Assembly (NCBI GenBank): GCA_000934665.2
Contig: KZ538888.1
Location: 1-42,152, forward strand
Direction: 5' to 3'
Source of the DNA: Catajapyx aquilonaris
Taxonomy: Eukaryota
DNA: 42,152 bases
Of the stretch, positions 12,458-24,924 are shown piece after piece. How positions within the stretch are numbered: the first letter of the stretch is position 1; each line of letters begins with the position of its first letter. Below the pieces are notes generated by a model. That model worked only from the letters and a program-made list of their open reading frames with translations, did no database searches and was not told where the DNA came from. The position numbers and the translations under genes are program-made.

Positions 12458-12842
12458 CTGTAACATGGTACAAATTCAGACAGTGTACATTGCATCATGT
12501 AGCAATTACTTAATTCTTATAATAATCCTTATTTTCTAGGGGATTTGGGAGTACTCATGTGCACCACAAGTTCCAACTCAATTCCAATTCCTAATCAGCC
12601 ATGAAAATTACATGTGAATTTGTACTTGCAGTGTAAATTGAAGATTGCGAATTGGTATAAAGTTATGTGGAAAAGGCATCAGTTACTATCTGCAAAATAT
12701 TATTGCAGATAAGAACTTTTTCATAAAAAATGTACATGCAAGTGTCTGCAAGAATATTGTGCTAATAGTACATAATGTAGCAGTTGAAAACAATTATGTT
12801 AACATTTGATCCCAATTAGTAGTCAAGATCACACAGACTTGC

Positions 12843-13114
12843 GCTCAATAAGCTGTGGGGACGTTGAAAACTCAACTTTTCGAAGCTAGTGTAAACTAAT
12901 CTAACCTAACCTCCCCTACCCTAACTAACCTCTGAGGCTGAGAGAAATGGACTTTCGTAAAACCCTGCAAAACGAAATTGTGGGGACATGTCCCCACTAT
13001 AACAGTAACGTTCTCGTGTGTGAAGCTGTGGGGACCGAAAATGTCCCCACAAGTGGGGCAAAGTCCCTAGTGTTACAGTAAAACACCTGTTTCCGTCCCC
13101 ACAGATTATTGAAG
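12843..13114. mobile_element. Degenerate MITE with TGTGGGGAC/GTCCCCACA repeats and a CTAAC tract
   Basis: TCAATAAGCTGTGGGGAC mirrored by GTCCCCACAGATTATTGA; internal paired GTGGGGAC/GTCCCCAC motifs. Confidence 0.55.
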
Positions 13115-13243
13115 ACACGTACACTACATTACTGCGCTTTACAAGTTCTGCCACGTTCCACAAGAACCATAATGGAGTGGGAGGCATAATGATGTACTGG
13201 ACAATAGCTTCCACCTCCATGAAATCAGATATCTCCATATCTA

Positions 13244-13676
13244 CAGAGTGTTCATGAACAACACCGACAAACCTATACCACTCCCTACCTAGACACCAGA
13301 GGTTCACTTTATGTAGAGGAGTGATTGTGCCTGGGCCGCCTCATTACCGCGCAAATTGCCTTCAAGCAAGTAGTATAAAATATCCTGGAAGTTATGCCAC
13401 CCAACGAACTCTACCGCAGTCAGAAGGCTCTGGGAGGTCTGGGAGGCGGACTTTGTTGGTTTCTTGCCCACAGGTGGGAAGGCCTCTATGGCTAGTTATA
13501 CCTGCAAATTCTATTTAAAGGTCAGAAGGAGCGATTAGGCAAAAATCGCTGAAGAGCAGGTGGGTCAATATCTCAGTAAGGAGGTCTAGATATAATGACT
13601 CCTCTACATAAAGTGATCCTCTGGTGCCTAGGTAGGGGGTGGTGTAGGTTTGTCGGTGTTGTTCATGAACACCCTG
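13244..13676. mobile_element. Tc1/mariner-type MITE inserted in the Helitron 5' terminus
   Basis: TA|CAGAGTGTTCATGAACAACACCGACAAACC ... GGTTTGTCGGTGTTGTTCATGAACACCCTG|TA, about 80-bp TIRs. Confidence 0.88.
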
Positions 13677-14260
13677 TATAAATAAGGATGTTTGTGAGTT
13701 TGTGAGTTTGTTTGTTTGGCCCTTATAGAAATCCAGGGGAAGGCCCCTACACCGCCTTCAATTAGCATATCGGGGGTTACATTTTTCAAAGAATTTAATG
13801 CCGCATGTTTCAGCTTCCGAAAATGAACCTAACTCCCACAACACGCATATTCCCGAATCTTATTCTCACTATACTCGCGCCTCAACAATTAACAAAATTA
13901 TATCAACATCAATAACTCTTTTCGAAGTTTGCAATCCCATGGAAATGCCCTTATGCAACAATACCTGGCAAATTAATCCATCACTTGCATTGCATCTACA
14001 TAATTATTATCTTGCGCCTCTCTTTTTTACACGTCCCATCGCCGTAAATTCAACGCATCCACCAATATTACACTAATATATTGGCCACCTCACGTGAGTT
14101 CATATTGTGCCATTCCTGGATTTTGTGGGATTTGAAAGTAGACTTCCAGACACAAATAAATATGAAAGATACAGTATTTACAAAAATTACTCATTGTTGA
14201 AAACAAAATTACCCACCTGAGTCTGTACGTACATTTCTAAACTTCTTCAGGACAAACATA

Positions 14261-14774
14261 CCGCATTTACTCGCATATAAGACGCACACGTGTATAAGAC
14301 GCACCCGGTTTTGAGCCGAAAAATCGTGGAAAATCGGTTGTTGACTCATATAAGACGCACCCAGATTTATTTGCGTAGTTTGGGAACTGGCCTCGAGCTA
14401 CAGGCAGCAACCTCGTGTGCAATGCATGTGCGTGTGAAATCCATTAGAATCCAGTAAAAAGGGGGGGGGGGNTGGAAAATGGGACAATGCTACGCATCTG
14501 AAACGTATAGGTGGCAAGGTCTCACCGGAATTGTGCACGTTTGGGGACGGGGAGAGCATATCAATGGAAGTGAAGGAGAAACGCAGGTCGTACCGTGCCG
14601 ATCAGGACATCAAACCGACAAGCTTAAATTTTTCAATAAACGATTTTCACGATTTCTCACGGGTTTCACCCATTGTGCCCTGCCGTATAAGACGCACACG
14701 CGTATAAGACGCACCCTACTTTTTGAGCTACAAAAATCGGAAAAAAAGTGCGTCTTATATGCGAGTAAATACGG
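14261..14774. mobile_element. pogo-type MITE nested in the Helitron
   Basis: TA|CCGCATTTACTCGCATATAAGACGCAC ... GTGCGTCTTATATGCGAGTAAATACGG|TA, with repeated TATAAGACGCAC motifs. Confidence 0.88.
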
Positions 14775-15147
14775 TAATTATGGAATGGGCTGGGGGGTGT
14801 GTGGTGGGGTTGGGGGGTGAAGGAGTCAAAAATTCTGGGGGGAAACCACATGGCTCTGCAGTCTTTTCCTGGGCCAACTCTATCCGCATTCCTCTTTTTA
14901 CACATCCAATCAGCATATAACTGAAGCAGGGAATCTATCACAGATAGTGACTAACTTTGGCTTATTGTAACTTATAAGGCCTGTTTTAAAGTATATCGAG
15001 TTTCGAGTGTATGGAACGCAAAGATTACAAACAAACTTGCTAAAATATACCGTATGTACCCCTACCTTTACCAGCACCCCAACATACCCGGGCAATGCCG
15101 GGTAACCTGCTAGTATTCTATAATAACGATCTGCTGCAAATATTTTA

Positions 15148-15353
15148 AGGTGCGTTTACATGTGAGCGATTTGATAGCACCATGTCATCGCCGAGCAATA
15201 ACATGGCTGAGTAACCCGAGTAACCAGTATTGTTTGAGGCGAAAATTGATTGTTAATCTCACCTCAAACAATATTGGTTACTCGGGTTACTCACCGATGT
15301 TATCGCTCAGCGATGACATCGCACGATCAAATTGCTCACATGTAAATGCACCT
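15148..15353. mobile_element. PIF/Harbinger (Tourist-like) MITE
   Basis: TTA|AGGTGCGTTTACATGTGAGCGATTTGAT ... ATCAAATTGCTCACATGTAAATGCACCT|TTA; 3-bp TTA TSD; palindromic almost throughout. Confidence 0.85.
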
Positions 15354-16033
15354 TTACACTGCAGATTACCTCACTGTACAAAAGAGGCACTTCAACTATG
15401 AGACTTGTCAGAAATGGCCACCTCTGCATTGGCAGCTTGCTTATTTTGTGCATTTTCAGTTTTCTTGTTCCATTTGGAACAGACTTTTAGAAAATAATGC
15501 AATTCAGAAACTGCTATGAATGTTCAAAAGAGCTGTCAATTGTCAAACATGTTTCATAGTAATGAGATTGTCCACTGTTAAGGCTGTTTCACAACTGTAG
15601 TTATTAGGAAGTAGGTGGGAAATAAGTGGCAGGAGATTGCAGAACTGTAGCAACCCGGTCTCCAAGAAGCGCTTTCAGATTAACAGTTGCAACTCGTTTG
15701 CCAGCAGCTTTCTGCCCGCTCCTCAGCAGTCCAAACCTCTCATGTTGGACTTTTGCAATACTACCCCAGTCAACCGCCATCCACTGAGAAATGTGGAATT
15801 TATGAATATTGCCACTGCTCACATTCCGCTCCCTGAATACCCATTCCCACCCCAACTAGCTTTCTGCGGAATTTGCGATCCAGATTTTAGGCCTTGAGTT
15901 TCTTCCAACCCAACAATGTATCCCATGGTAGAAATTACTTTTTCTTAAACATTATCCTTCGTAAAGCTAACACATTAGCCAACATTTCTGTGTGTCATGC
16001 ATAAGGCTGTGCATTTCGGCCACATTCCACTAC

Positions 16034-16093
16034 CTTAATCTTCTGGAAAGGAACTTTTCCAGGCTCCGCACGAGGTGGTGGTCGTTCCGCTTC
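16034..16093 (-). CDS. SAMM50: SAMM50 coding exon 2 (EAERPPPRAEPGKVPFQKIK)
   Basis: TTTCAG acceptor, GTAGTG donor, 60 bp, phase 0/0. Joins exon 1 in frame to the POTRA exon. Confidence 0.75.
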
Positions 16094-16263
16094 CTGAAAT
16101 GGAACACACATAATTATGCAAGGACATATCGTATCCATTAATTGACATAACCACTGTCTAATTTGGGATGTGAATACCACATGGCAGGATGCGATGACAC
16201 AATATCCAAAATAATGATATTATTTTTAGGTCAGATTTGGCAAGGAATGTGCCGTAAGTATAC

Positions 16264-16284
16264 CTTGGCTTGGACGACTCCCAT
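16264..16284 (-). CDS. SAMM50: SAMM50 coding exon 1 (MGVVQAK)
   Basis: ATG GGA GTC GTC CAA GCC AAG followed by a GT donor, phase 0. Matches the conserved metazoan Sam50 N-terminus (MGTVHAR/K-type, Gly2 myristoylation motif). Confidence 0.85.
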
Positions 16285-16882
16285 GTCTGCTAGCGGTCCA
16301 GTCAACGACAATACATCAGCGGAAGATACAGAAAATGAATCCGATGTGACCGATGAGACAACGTTCAGCTCCGGCCTCCTGCCTGCTGCCAGTCAGGCGA
16401 GGCCAAATTCGAAGGAAGACATATTGGCAAGCCTCGGTACAGGGTTGGTGTAATGGTGATATCGGGTAAAATCTGACTGTTGATTGGTTACTGTAGTCAA
16501 GGTGTACAAATATGGCGTCACTATTATCATGGTTTACTGGCTTCATAATGGCGGAGAAAAAGATTTTGTAAAGAAATTTACTCATGCTTATGTAAATCGC
16601 TGTAAAAGGTTTTCAGATAATTTAAAAATACATATTTAGTGGCAGCGAATCTGGAGTTTTTTATTGTAGCGGTGGTCGTGACATCTGTTGGGGATATTTT
16701 AGAACTCGGTTCTAGAGCAGGTTGATCTGCGCGCCACATTTAAATTTATGTTCTCACCCGTTCTCACTTAAACGTAAGAGATGGGTCAAAATTGGACAAA
16801 ATACAGTGCATTTGATATCTAGGCCATTTTTGTGTATGTCAAATTGACCGGATTTTTTTTTCCTACCACAACCAGCCGTAAT

Positions 16883-17090
16883 GCGGTTGAGAATTCTTTT
16901 TATCCGAAATTCCGAAATCCGAAAACCTCCAAAATCCGAAAGTATTTTGAGTGCTGACATGTCACATCACAAATGGAAAATTCCAAGTGAGTGTGACATT
17001 ACTAGCGTCATTACCTGCATCTGCTAGTATTTTAAAATATTTAAAATGTATAAGAAACTACCTACAGGGTTTATGTATAGCATCTATGAG
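16883..17090 (+). mobile_element. Tigger4/Zombi-like pogo remnant
   Basis: GGTTGAG...ATCCGAAATTCCGAAATCCGAAAACCTCCAAAATCCGAAA...TTTTGAGTGCTGACATG...CACAAATGGAAAATTCCA is collinear with the Tigger4b left end as I recall it. Confidence 0.6.
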
Positions 17091-20000
17091 ATTATTAGCT
17101 TAACACATCACGATGGTCAAATCGACCTCCGCAATACTGAAGCTCCTGCTGCATACGGCTTATAACGGCCCATCTGATCATATATTATATCAACCTCTTG
17201 ACGGTCTATAATAATATAATAATTTCGTCTGCGAAATTCGCAAGAACCCTAAATCCGAGAAGTGCGCATCTTTCTCACCAGTAGCCTACTGTACCCTGAA
17301 TGGAGATAACACTTGATTGAGTGGCATGAGTGCCTAGAGTTCACAGAATTGTCCAGTCGATATCAACTGGGGTGGGCCTCTCCACTCCATATGACAATTG
17401 GGCATCTTGGAAATGTGGGGTGGTGTACAGTACTGTACATGCATTTATGAATTTATCTGCTGCACTTTCAACCATTTAACCCTTTCATATAGATGAAACA
17501 CATCTGAAATCACAGATATTCTTCATCCATGTACACAGTATGATAATATTATACATTACCCCCCATGCAGCCATGTCCATATGTACTTTAGTTGATTGGC
17601 TCGCTTTCATTTGAATAACCCTGACTTGCACGTATTACTGCACCATGCTCTGAAAACCAAGTAGAAAAAAATACATACAAAAGTACAATGTTAACAATTT
17701 TTATTGATTTGTTGGATAGCGGGGAGAAGTGGGGAAAATATTAGTTCTTAATATTTCTGGACATCTACTCGATAGCCCGTTGTTTCGCCAACGGGTACCT
17801 AATAAAGATGTCGTCGAGGTAGTGAAATGAAATAATTAGCCCTGTTAATGTGCATGCAGGAGATAATTAGTCGCGCTCTTTTCGTTAACAACCCATCACT
17901 AGGATGCCGGACTTCACCTAAACTTACCAAATTACGTGTCGCCACCACTCTGGCAATTACCCCACTTCTAACAAAGATGTCATCCTGCTACAGAATGAAC
18001 AAGCCTCGTTTCCACTGATGGGCGACTCATGGTATAGCTTCACCAGGTCAGGGACAGTGAATTCCAAGTATCATTCGACTGTACAGTACAATACATCACA
18101 ATTTTGTTTCCTCCAAGTCGTTAGTCAGGCAGAGAGGTTTTCCTATATGACGCTACACGCATGCAGTGTGTCAGATTTAGTTGACCACCAAAACTCCACA
18201 GTGTTATTTACCTTGATCGACTCAACTCGAAATGTTCCGCTCGACTTGTTTGCTCAACCTGAAATCAAACTCTCCAATGCCAAAGTCACCCTAATGGAAC
18301 AAGACCCTTGAAGATTGAATTTTGCGTAAAGCGTTGGTGCATAACACATTTTTTAAAGGGGGGGGGGGATTAGGAAAGTTTTGTCGCAATATAAAATATA
18401 CGAGAAACGTTTACTTTCGGCATCCTACAAATGAAACTAGTTGGAAACACAATCGGACCTACAAAGCAATAGCTCTGTGAAAACTGTTTCGCTTCGAAGA
18501 AAAACCGGAAACGAACCTTTTTTTAACAACTTTCTAAGGTTCGCATCTAGCCTAACTGCCAATAGCAATTTTTTTTATTATCGTTAAAAAGGGTCAGAAT
18601 ATAAGAAAAAAAATCCTTGACACTTTTTATTGCTTCAATTACCTTGTTTCAACCCATCTCCAGGATGTGCCTTCTCGCGCCCATCTCGACACCTTTCACT
18701 TTCCATACTGGCCCAGTTTCGCACTTTTTTCGCATTTTTTTTGTACTTTCCCCCCTCCAGCACCAGATCTTAGATCCAGGTGCGATTTGTCCCCATTTAC
18801 AAAAATTATCAACTTACATAATTTTGGCGCACTCTTTTCCACTCTAATTCGCTACGTGCTACGTACACGCACTTGATGTATGGTACACGTTATTCACACA
18901 TCGCAAGTGATGCTGTCAGCAATGACACCACCTGGAGGATAACATTTTGAAGCGATCTCTGTATCCACATAATGATGGGCCTACCTGTAGGGAAGAGAAA
19001 ACATACATTTTGACATTGAGACCAAGGCCCACCTCATCATCCACACTGATTATTATCCTCTTCTTCTAAGAAAATGTTATCAATAATGGCCGTGATAATG
19101 ACGAGTGCGTATCCTTGGGGCTTGTAGACGACGGGGGATGTTGTTGCCTTAAAACTGGTTGAGCCTGGAAGGTTAAGGCGGTCAAGGTTTGGGTTTTAGA
19201 TGCGGAAGACTGACGTCAGAGCGGTGGTGTTCACGTGTTTCCTTTTGAATCGTCCGCCTCGTTTTCTGCTCCATGTCAGGCAACGTTTTATGACGTGAAA
19301 AATGCGTCATGCTGACAATTCCCGGAACTCGATCTCTACCATCAATGTCAGTGTGGCTAGCTGAAATAAAGATGTCTTTATTGTCCACTGAATGCAAAAC
19401 TTTCTTGATGTCAACATTTACATGCTCATTAAGGATTATATTTGTTGCATCAGGAATGACGAAGGATTCGGATTATTGCTGCACGATGGAATTGTCGTGT
19501 ACGTGTGTTCTTGTCAGTATGGTATGTGAAACTCCGGCAACAATGCAATACTCACGCTCTGTTAAGCACCTACCGCAACAAGAGAAGAGACATATACCTA
19601 CAATCATGAAGTCACAATGTTGAAAATTGTTGATGGTATTGTGAAGCGTCAATACTCATTGAGAATACGGCACTGAAATAATGATTATCCTATACAGACA
19701 GACTGGTCTTACCAAGAGTAAATGGTCTTACTTAATCTTAGAAAATACAGTATAGAATCTTTTCCCTTGCGAAATTCCCACGCCCAATAGCTAAGTTATA
19801 TAAGGTGTGACTGAGAGGTTCAAGTGCAATATATTGCTCGGATAGGCCAATTTGTGCTGTTCTCCTGGAAGTTAATATAATTATGCGAAATCCCACCTGA
19901 GACAGAGTCAGTAACGATCAAACTTCGCGTGAATAATGACGGGGAAGGACTCAGACTTAGGAAACGGATCTAGAACATCATGCCTTTGAGTCACTCAGCC

Positions 20001-22387
20001 TATTCTCAATAACATATTACAAACACACACTCTATCAATGTAGCAATGTCAGCATGGCTTTCAGTATCGTCCCCATCGGTGGAATGTTAGTCACAATATT
20101 GGTGAGCAGCAAGAAAGCAGCAGACACACATAAGAACTGACCTTCTCTTGCATTTCTCACAGATTCTTTGACCTTTATAGGTCATTCATGGTAATGTGAT
20201 GTTCTTATGTGTGGGAGTGAGGGAAGAAACTCATCTCAACTCTTTTCACATAATAAATCAATTATTGCATGCCTTAGGTATTGAACGCTGCAAGATGGAA
20301 GGTGCAGTGCGGCCCTGCAGATAATTCAATTCAGAAATCAAAATATATAGGATCCTACTATATGCACTCCATTTGCCTAGGCAACAGAGAGGTTTGCTCT
20401 TATTATTGTTTCTCAATTCTTTTACACGTATTCGATATAATTATCTGACCATATACCGGGTGTTCCGTATTTTGAAATGTCTGTAGTAGTTAGCGATTTT
20501 TTTCTGTCACTAAGATGCATTTACATATATACTTTTAGCTTATCAAAACTGGCTTCTAATACAGTATTAGGTTGTGGGGGGCCCATTGATATAATCACTA
20601 AAGGTACGCAATTACAGTATGAAAAATAACTGCTTAAAAATAAATAGCTTATTGCCAACAAATTGCTTATCATTAAGATCAATTCAATTGGAACACTCTG
20701 CATACTATGTAAAATGCATTGGTATCACTTACGTCTGTGATATAGCGAATATAAAGTGATTTTTTGAAGCAAGTCATAATTCCTATACTGTATGAAGTGC
20801 AACTATCCCAATGCAACGGGCATAACCATATTTAGTACTGTACCGCAATGAAAAACCACAGCATGTCACGTGTGGTGGTTTTCCGGGGTAGCCGTAAGTC
20901 CTACTGCGAATTTTGTAGAACAAAAAAAGTATAAGAATGAATGGATGTCCCCAAATGTACACTTTAAAATATATTGAGTGACAACCTATATGACAAAATA
21001 GTTCAAGGCGTTAGCTGCTATGTAGCAGTCTTTAGTCCTGAATCATAAAAATTAATGAACCGGTGTAATTACCGATTTTAGCGCAAGGAACAAAATTGTC
21101 CAGTTAATCATACTTGTTTTAAAAAACTACGTTTTTTGCCAATTAACAAAAATATAATGCAGATACCAGTTACAAAGTAGTTCCACACGTAAAAAGTTGC
21201 AAAGAAATGGCACAGTATGAAATATTTTAGGAATATAATATTAGAAACGTCTTGATTACATGCTGGCTCCAAAAAACTAATAAATTAAGTGGATAAGAAT
21301 TATGGTTTGCTAAATTGGGAATCAGATATCCTGTTAAATAACTGCCGCATTTTAAGCATTTTGACTATTTTACATAATTATATCATATTTATTTGGGTTT
21401 TAGTGAACAAGTAGAGACTTGCTCGGCGATTCATAAAATACTTCATAAACACGTTCATTCAAAACCCATTAGGTTATTAGGCTAACAATATATGTAAATT
21501 TAGAATAGAGAAATTAATGATAACAACAGCAGATTGTAAAATAATTGCGACCTATTTTTGCAGTAGTGTGGTTTTTTTCTGTCACCAATATGTGCACATG
21601 ACAGATAGATTTGTGTGGGTTATAAAACTTTCGCACTAAGGTGCTGTCTTTCCGAAGCAAATGTGTAGTCTCAGGTAACAAATACTATAGCACTACGCCC
21701 TGTCTATAATGTGGCCTACATAGCATACAGAAGTGGGTGCCCCTCTCCTCCTTTGGAATCAACCTCCGCTGGTCCAGGCAAGATATCTGATCATTGCACT
21801 TACTTAGAAGGCAAAGGAGAACAATCGTGTCCACGGCATGCCATTCGTATTACAAATCCTAGAGTGAAAATAGAGTTGCCATATGGACCACCCAATGGTG
21901 CATGCGTAAGTCCTCAGTTGGAGGGAAGAAATATAATATGTTTATCCCAGTAACCAAGTTTAAAGAGAAGAAACCATCCTGACTCTTATTAGGACTTGTG
22001 TCTCAGACACTTTCAACCAGACACAAAGCAAATGTGATTTTCCAGAAAGCTTATGGCCTCCACAATAACTTAATCCTTTATCGTGAAAGCCGTAATCTCA
22101 TCCGTTGATTTGTTATTGGTGATTCTGTGGGAATTGTCGCTAATGTGCGACCTTCATCTCGAATTATGCGTGGGAGTGTATTAGGGAACAGTTGTTACTT
22201 TCGCTATTTTTAAAAAATCTATACAAATTATTGTAGTAGTTCTACTGTCATATAGTTTCCGACGAGGTTTCCGAACAATATTTCTACACGCGACAGTGTT
22301 TTCTATTGTTGACGTCTCATGGATGTTGCATCTCGTTAGCACATCAGAAAACACGGTAATATATCACATCCGGAATTACAATTGTTT

Positions 22388-22390
<3 letters not shown>

Positions 22391-22436
<46 letters not shown>
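22391..22436. repeat. (AT)23 microsatellite
   Basis: Direct reading. Confidence 0.95.
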
Positions 22437-22439
<3 letters not shown>

Positions 22440-23178
22440 TCCCTGCAACTTGCACATAGTTCCTTACATTGATTCTCATTGATTTAGAGTTTAGACCATA
22501 CCTGACATACCTCTTCTTTTTTCCTAACCAGCGTTTCACGTTCAAAATAGCCACTAACTAAATAGTCTCACATTACATCACAAAAAAATGGGTCATATAC
22601 GTAGAAGCAGCTTGCATAACTAGCACAATGGGAGCGTACAATTCCCTACACATTATTATCAAGACAATAAATCCAAGTGCACTTATGCACGATCAGGGCG
22701 TAGTCTTCCTGTTTTTGCTATTTGCATCAGTATAAACTCTCACCTCGGAAGTCTTAAATGGGCGTTTGAGATAAAGATGATAGGCAGTGGGATCCGTCAA
22801 GGTGAGCTACCTCCTTGCTAATCCCATCACTATTCGATTCTATCCCTTGGTCTTCCAGGAACCAACCAGAAAGCGCCAGATCAGTGTTTACCATGACATT
22901 GAAATAGAGCATATAAGCTATATACATTGGCAAACTAATTTTTTGAACGGCCTCGACACGTGTAATATTTTCCCCACAGAAGCAGGTCAGCGAAAAAGAG
23001 ACACCTGAAAGAAGTGCGGTAACGAAGACAATAGTGGAGATGAAATCCCCAACCTCGACCTCTATTGCATTGTGTCTAAGTGCATAAGTTGTGGGTACAG
23101 ATGTGTGAAGTAAGGGCAAAGGGGTCTTTTGAGCATGAAAGAAACGCCCATGGATTTTACTGTCAAGGATAAAATACT

Positions 23179-23224
23179 TTTTTTTTTCTTTCTCTCTTTC
23201 TTTCTTTCTCTCTTTCTTTCTTTC
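23179..23224. repeat. T/C-rich (CTTT-like) simple repeat
   Basis: Direct reading. Confidence 0.8.
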
Positions 23225-24144
23225 CAGACCACTCGCAGCTCTTTCACCGAGAAAGCTGCTTAGTTGTGGTAGTTACACCCCATAAGTAGGTCGTAGTCTC
23301 ATAATCGTTACTTAATTAGCATTGTCTGCGTCAGGTGCATCAGGATCACTTTCATGGTGCCATTCATATGTTGAAATATATGGTGACTTTAATGCCGGAG
23401 TGGACAATATTTTTTCACTTGTTACACAGAAGCATGTAGCATGACCGAATGTTATGGAAAGATGCATTTATTGGTACCTCATTAAGTATAAATATAAATA
23501 AGCAATTACACCGCCATCACATTATTATCCTATGGTTGTGTCATTGCACTTTTCCCCTATTTCTTTAGGTGATGTTGCAAAGGGACACATTTGCTAACTT
23601 GTTTCCTATAACACACCTGTACCAGCAACATGTATGAGAAACATATTATTTTAGATTTTTAAAAAGCACGCAAATTATGAATCATCCTGTGCTTCTAATC
23701 CAATTGTGCAATCACACCATTTGAATCCCTTCAGCAGCTTTCAATGATTCATGTTTACCGGCTCTATTTTTATCATACTCGAGGCCTTGTAGAATAAGTC
23801 ACGCATAAACGTCGGTTATGAATCATTTAATAAATTCTTTGTTTTGTTTTTTCCCCCCAAAAAATGAATAAACAAGAAAACAAAATTCATATTTTTGGTC
23901 CTTCCAGCCAACAAAACGTTTTTAAAAAAATGAGTGGGGCACCCCCGCCCCACTCATTTTTTTAAAACGGCGATGGAGGCTACTACAAAACAGTAACTTT
24001 CTCCCTGCTTAAGTCGTTAACAAAACTTCCAAGGAACAAGTGGGCGGGTTAGGAAGGAAAGGGAGAGGAGGGTGGAGTGGTGGAAGGGGGCTGGAGAAGG
24101 CGGGTGGCATGAAGAGGGGGGTGAGGGAGATATGACAGGTTGCC

Positions 24145-24151
24145 TATAAAA
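24145..24151 (+). promoter_or_regulatory. TATA box of the SVWC gene
   Basis: CTATAAAAG about 30 bp upstream of a CA-pyrimidine stretch, followed by a perfect CAG|GTAAGT donor at 24225/24226. Confidence 0.7.
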
Positions 24152-24175
24152 GTCGGTCTGAGCTTCAGACGTAGC

Positions 24176-24225
24176 CACACTTCTTTCTCTTGTGCCTAAG
24201 TGTCGCCAAAAGGGGACCACACCAG
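24176..24225 (+). other. Non-coding first exon (5' UTR) of the SVWC gene; start approximate
   Basis: Lies between the TATA box and a GTAAGT donor. The next acceptor (TTGTAG, ending 24923) sits 1 nt before the ATG, so an upstream exon is required. Confidence 0.65.
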
Positions 24226-24924
24226 GTAAGTCTTGAAAATATAAGGATAGAGGTACTTTCGTAATGAACATTCTCTTTGGAGAGAGACAAATGTAACTTA
24301 AAAGTAACTTAAAGTTAAACACAAATTTTACGAAATAACCAGAACACGAGTATTGTTGCATATATTAGCATTAATCCGCATTAATCCAACTGCGATTTCA
24401 ATATTAGCGCCATGTTTCACAGAGAGCTAGCAACAATGTGTAACATTTTCGTATAGGGAAAATAGGTAGTAGCTTCTGGTGTCGAGTTTTCAAAAGTTAC
24501 CTGATTGTCCAGAAAAAAAAAAATCAATCATGGCATACGCAACAAAGACAAGTTTTATGCATGAAACTGGGAAGAAAGTGGTTGGTTCGCCTATATATAC
24601 CAGACATGCATGTTCCCGATTTCAAATTGGATGAGAAATGGCATCGCCCCCAGATTGGCCTTGAAGGCAAAAGTGAAGGTGGCAATGCAACTTGCATCGG
24701 TTATTTTTTTTTCTCGCCTTGTCTGATTAGATGAAGGGATAGAGCAGGTGAGAAAAGATGATACATCACCTACTTTCCCCTGGGAAAACCGGACTTTTTA
24801 AAAGCCGGCGGCCGGGAAACGTCTTTTCACTTACCGGCACCATTTTCTTCCAATGTCCTGTCAAAGTGAACCTACTTAAAATGTATAAGTAATTCATGAT
24901 TATTTTTATTATTTGCATTGTAGG

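Larger units (their letters stand above)
13240..15113 (+). mobile_element. Non-autonomous Helitron carrying two nested MITEs
   Basis: After removing the nested MITE the 5' end reads A|TCTATAAATAAGGATGTTTGT with a GTTT-type microsatellite. The 3' end has the hairpin ACCCGGGCAATGCCGGGT followed by CTAG|T. Insertion is at A^T with no TSD. Confidence 0.8.

Noticed and set aside
17765..17800. Helitron-like 3' hairpin (CCCGTTG...CAACGGG) on the minus strand
   Set aside because: The terminal CTAG is degenerate and no matching 5' end could be located.
22754..23119. 121-aa minus-strand ORF with a hydrophobic stretch and LTCFCGENIT, faintly like an insect odorant-receptor TM6/loop
   Set aside because: Motif spacing is off, no other receptor exons were found, there is no ATG start, and the nearby splice-like signals are on the opposite strand. 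An HMM search against 7tm_6 would settle it.
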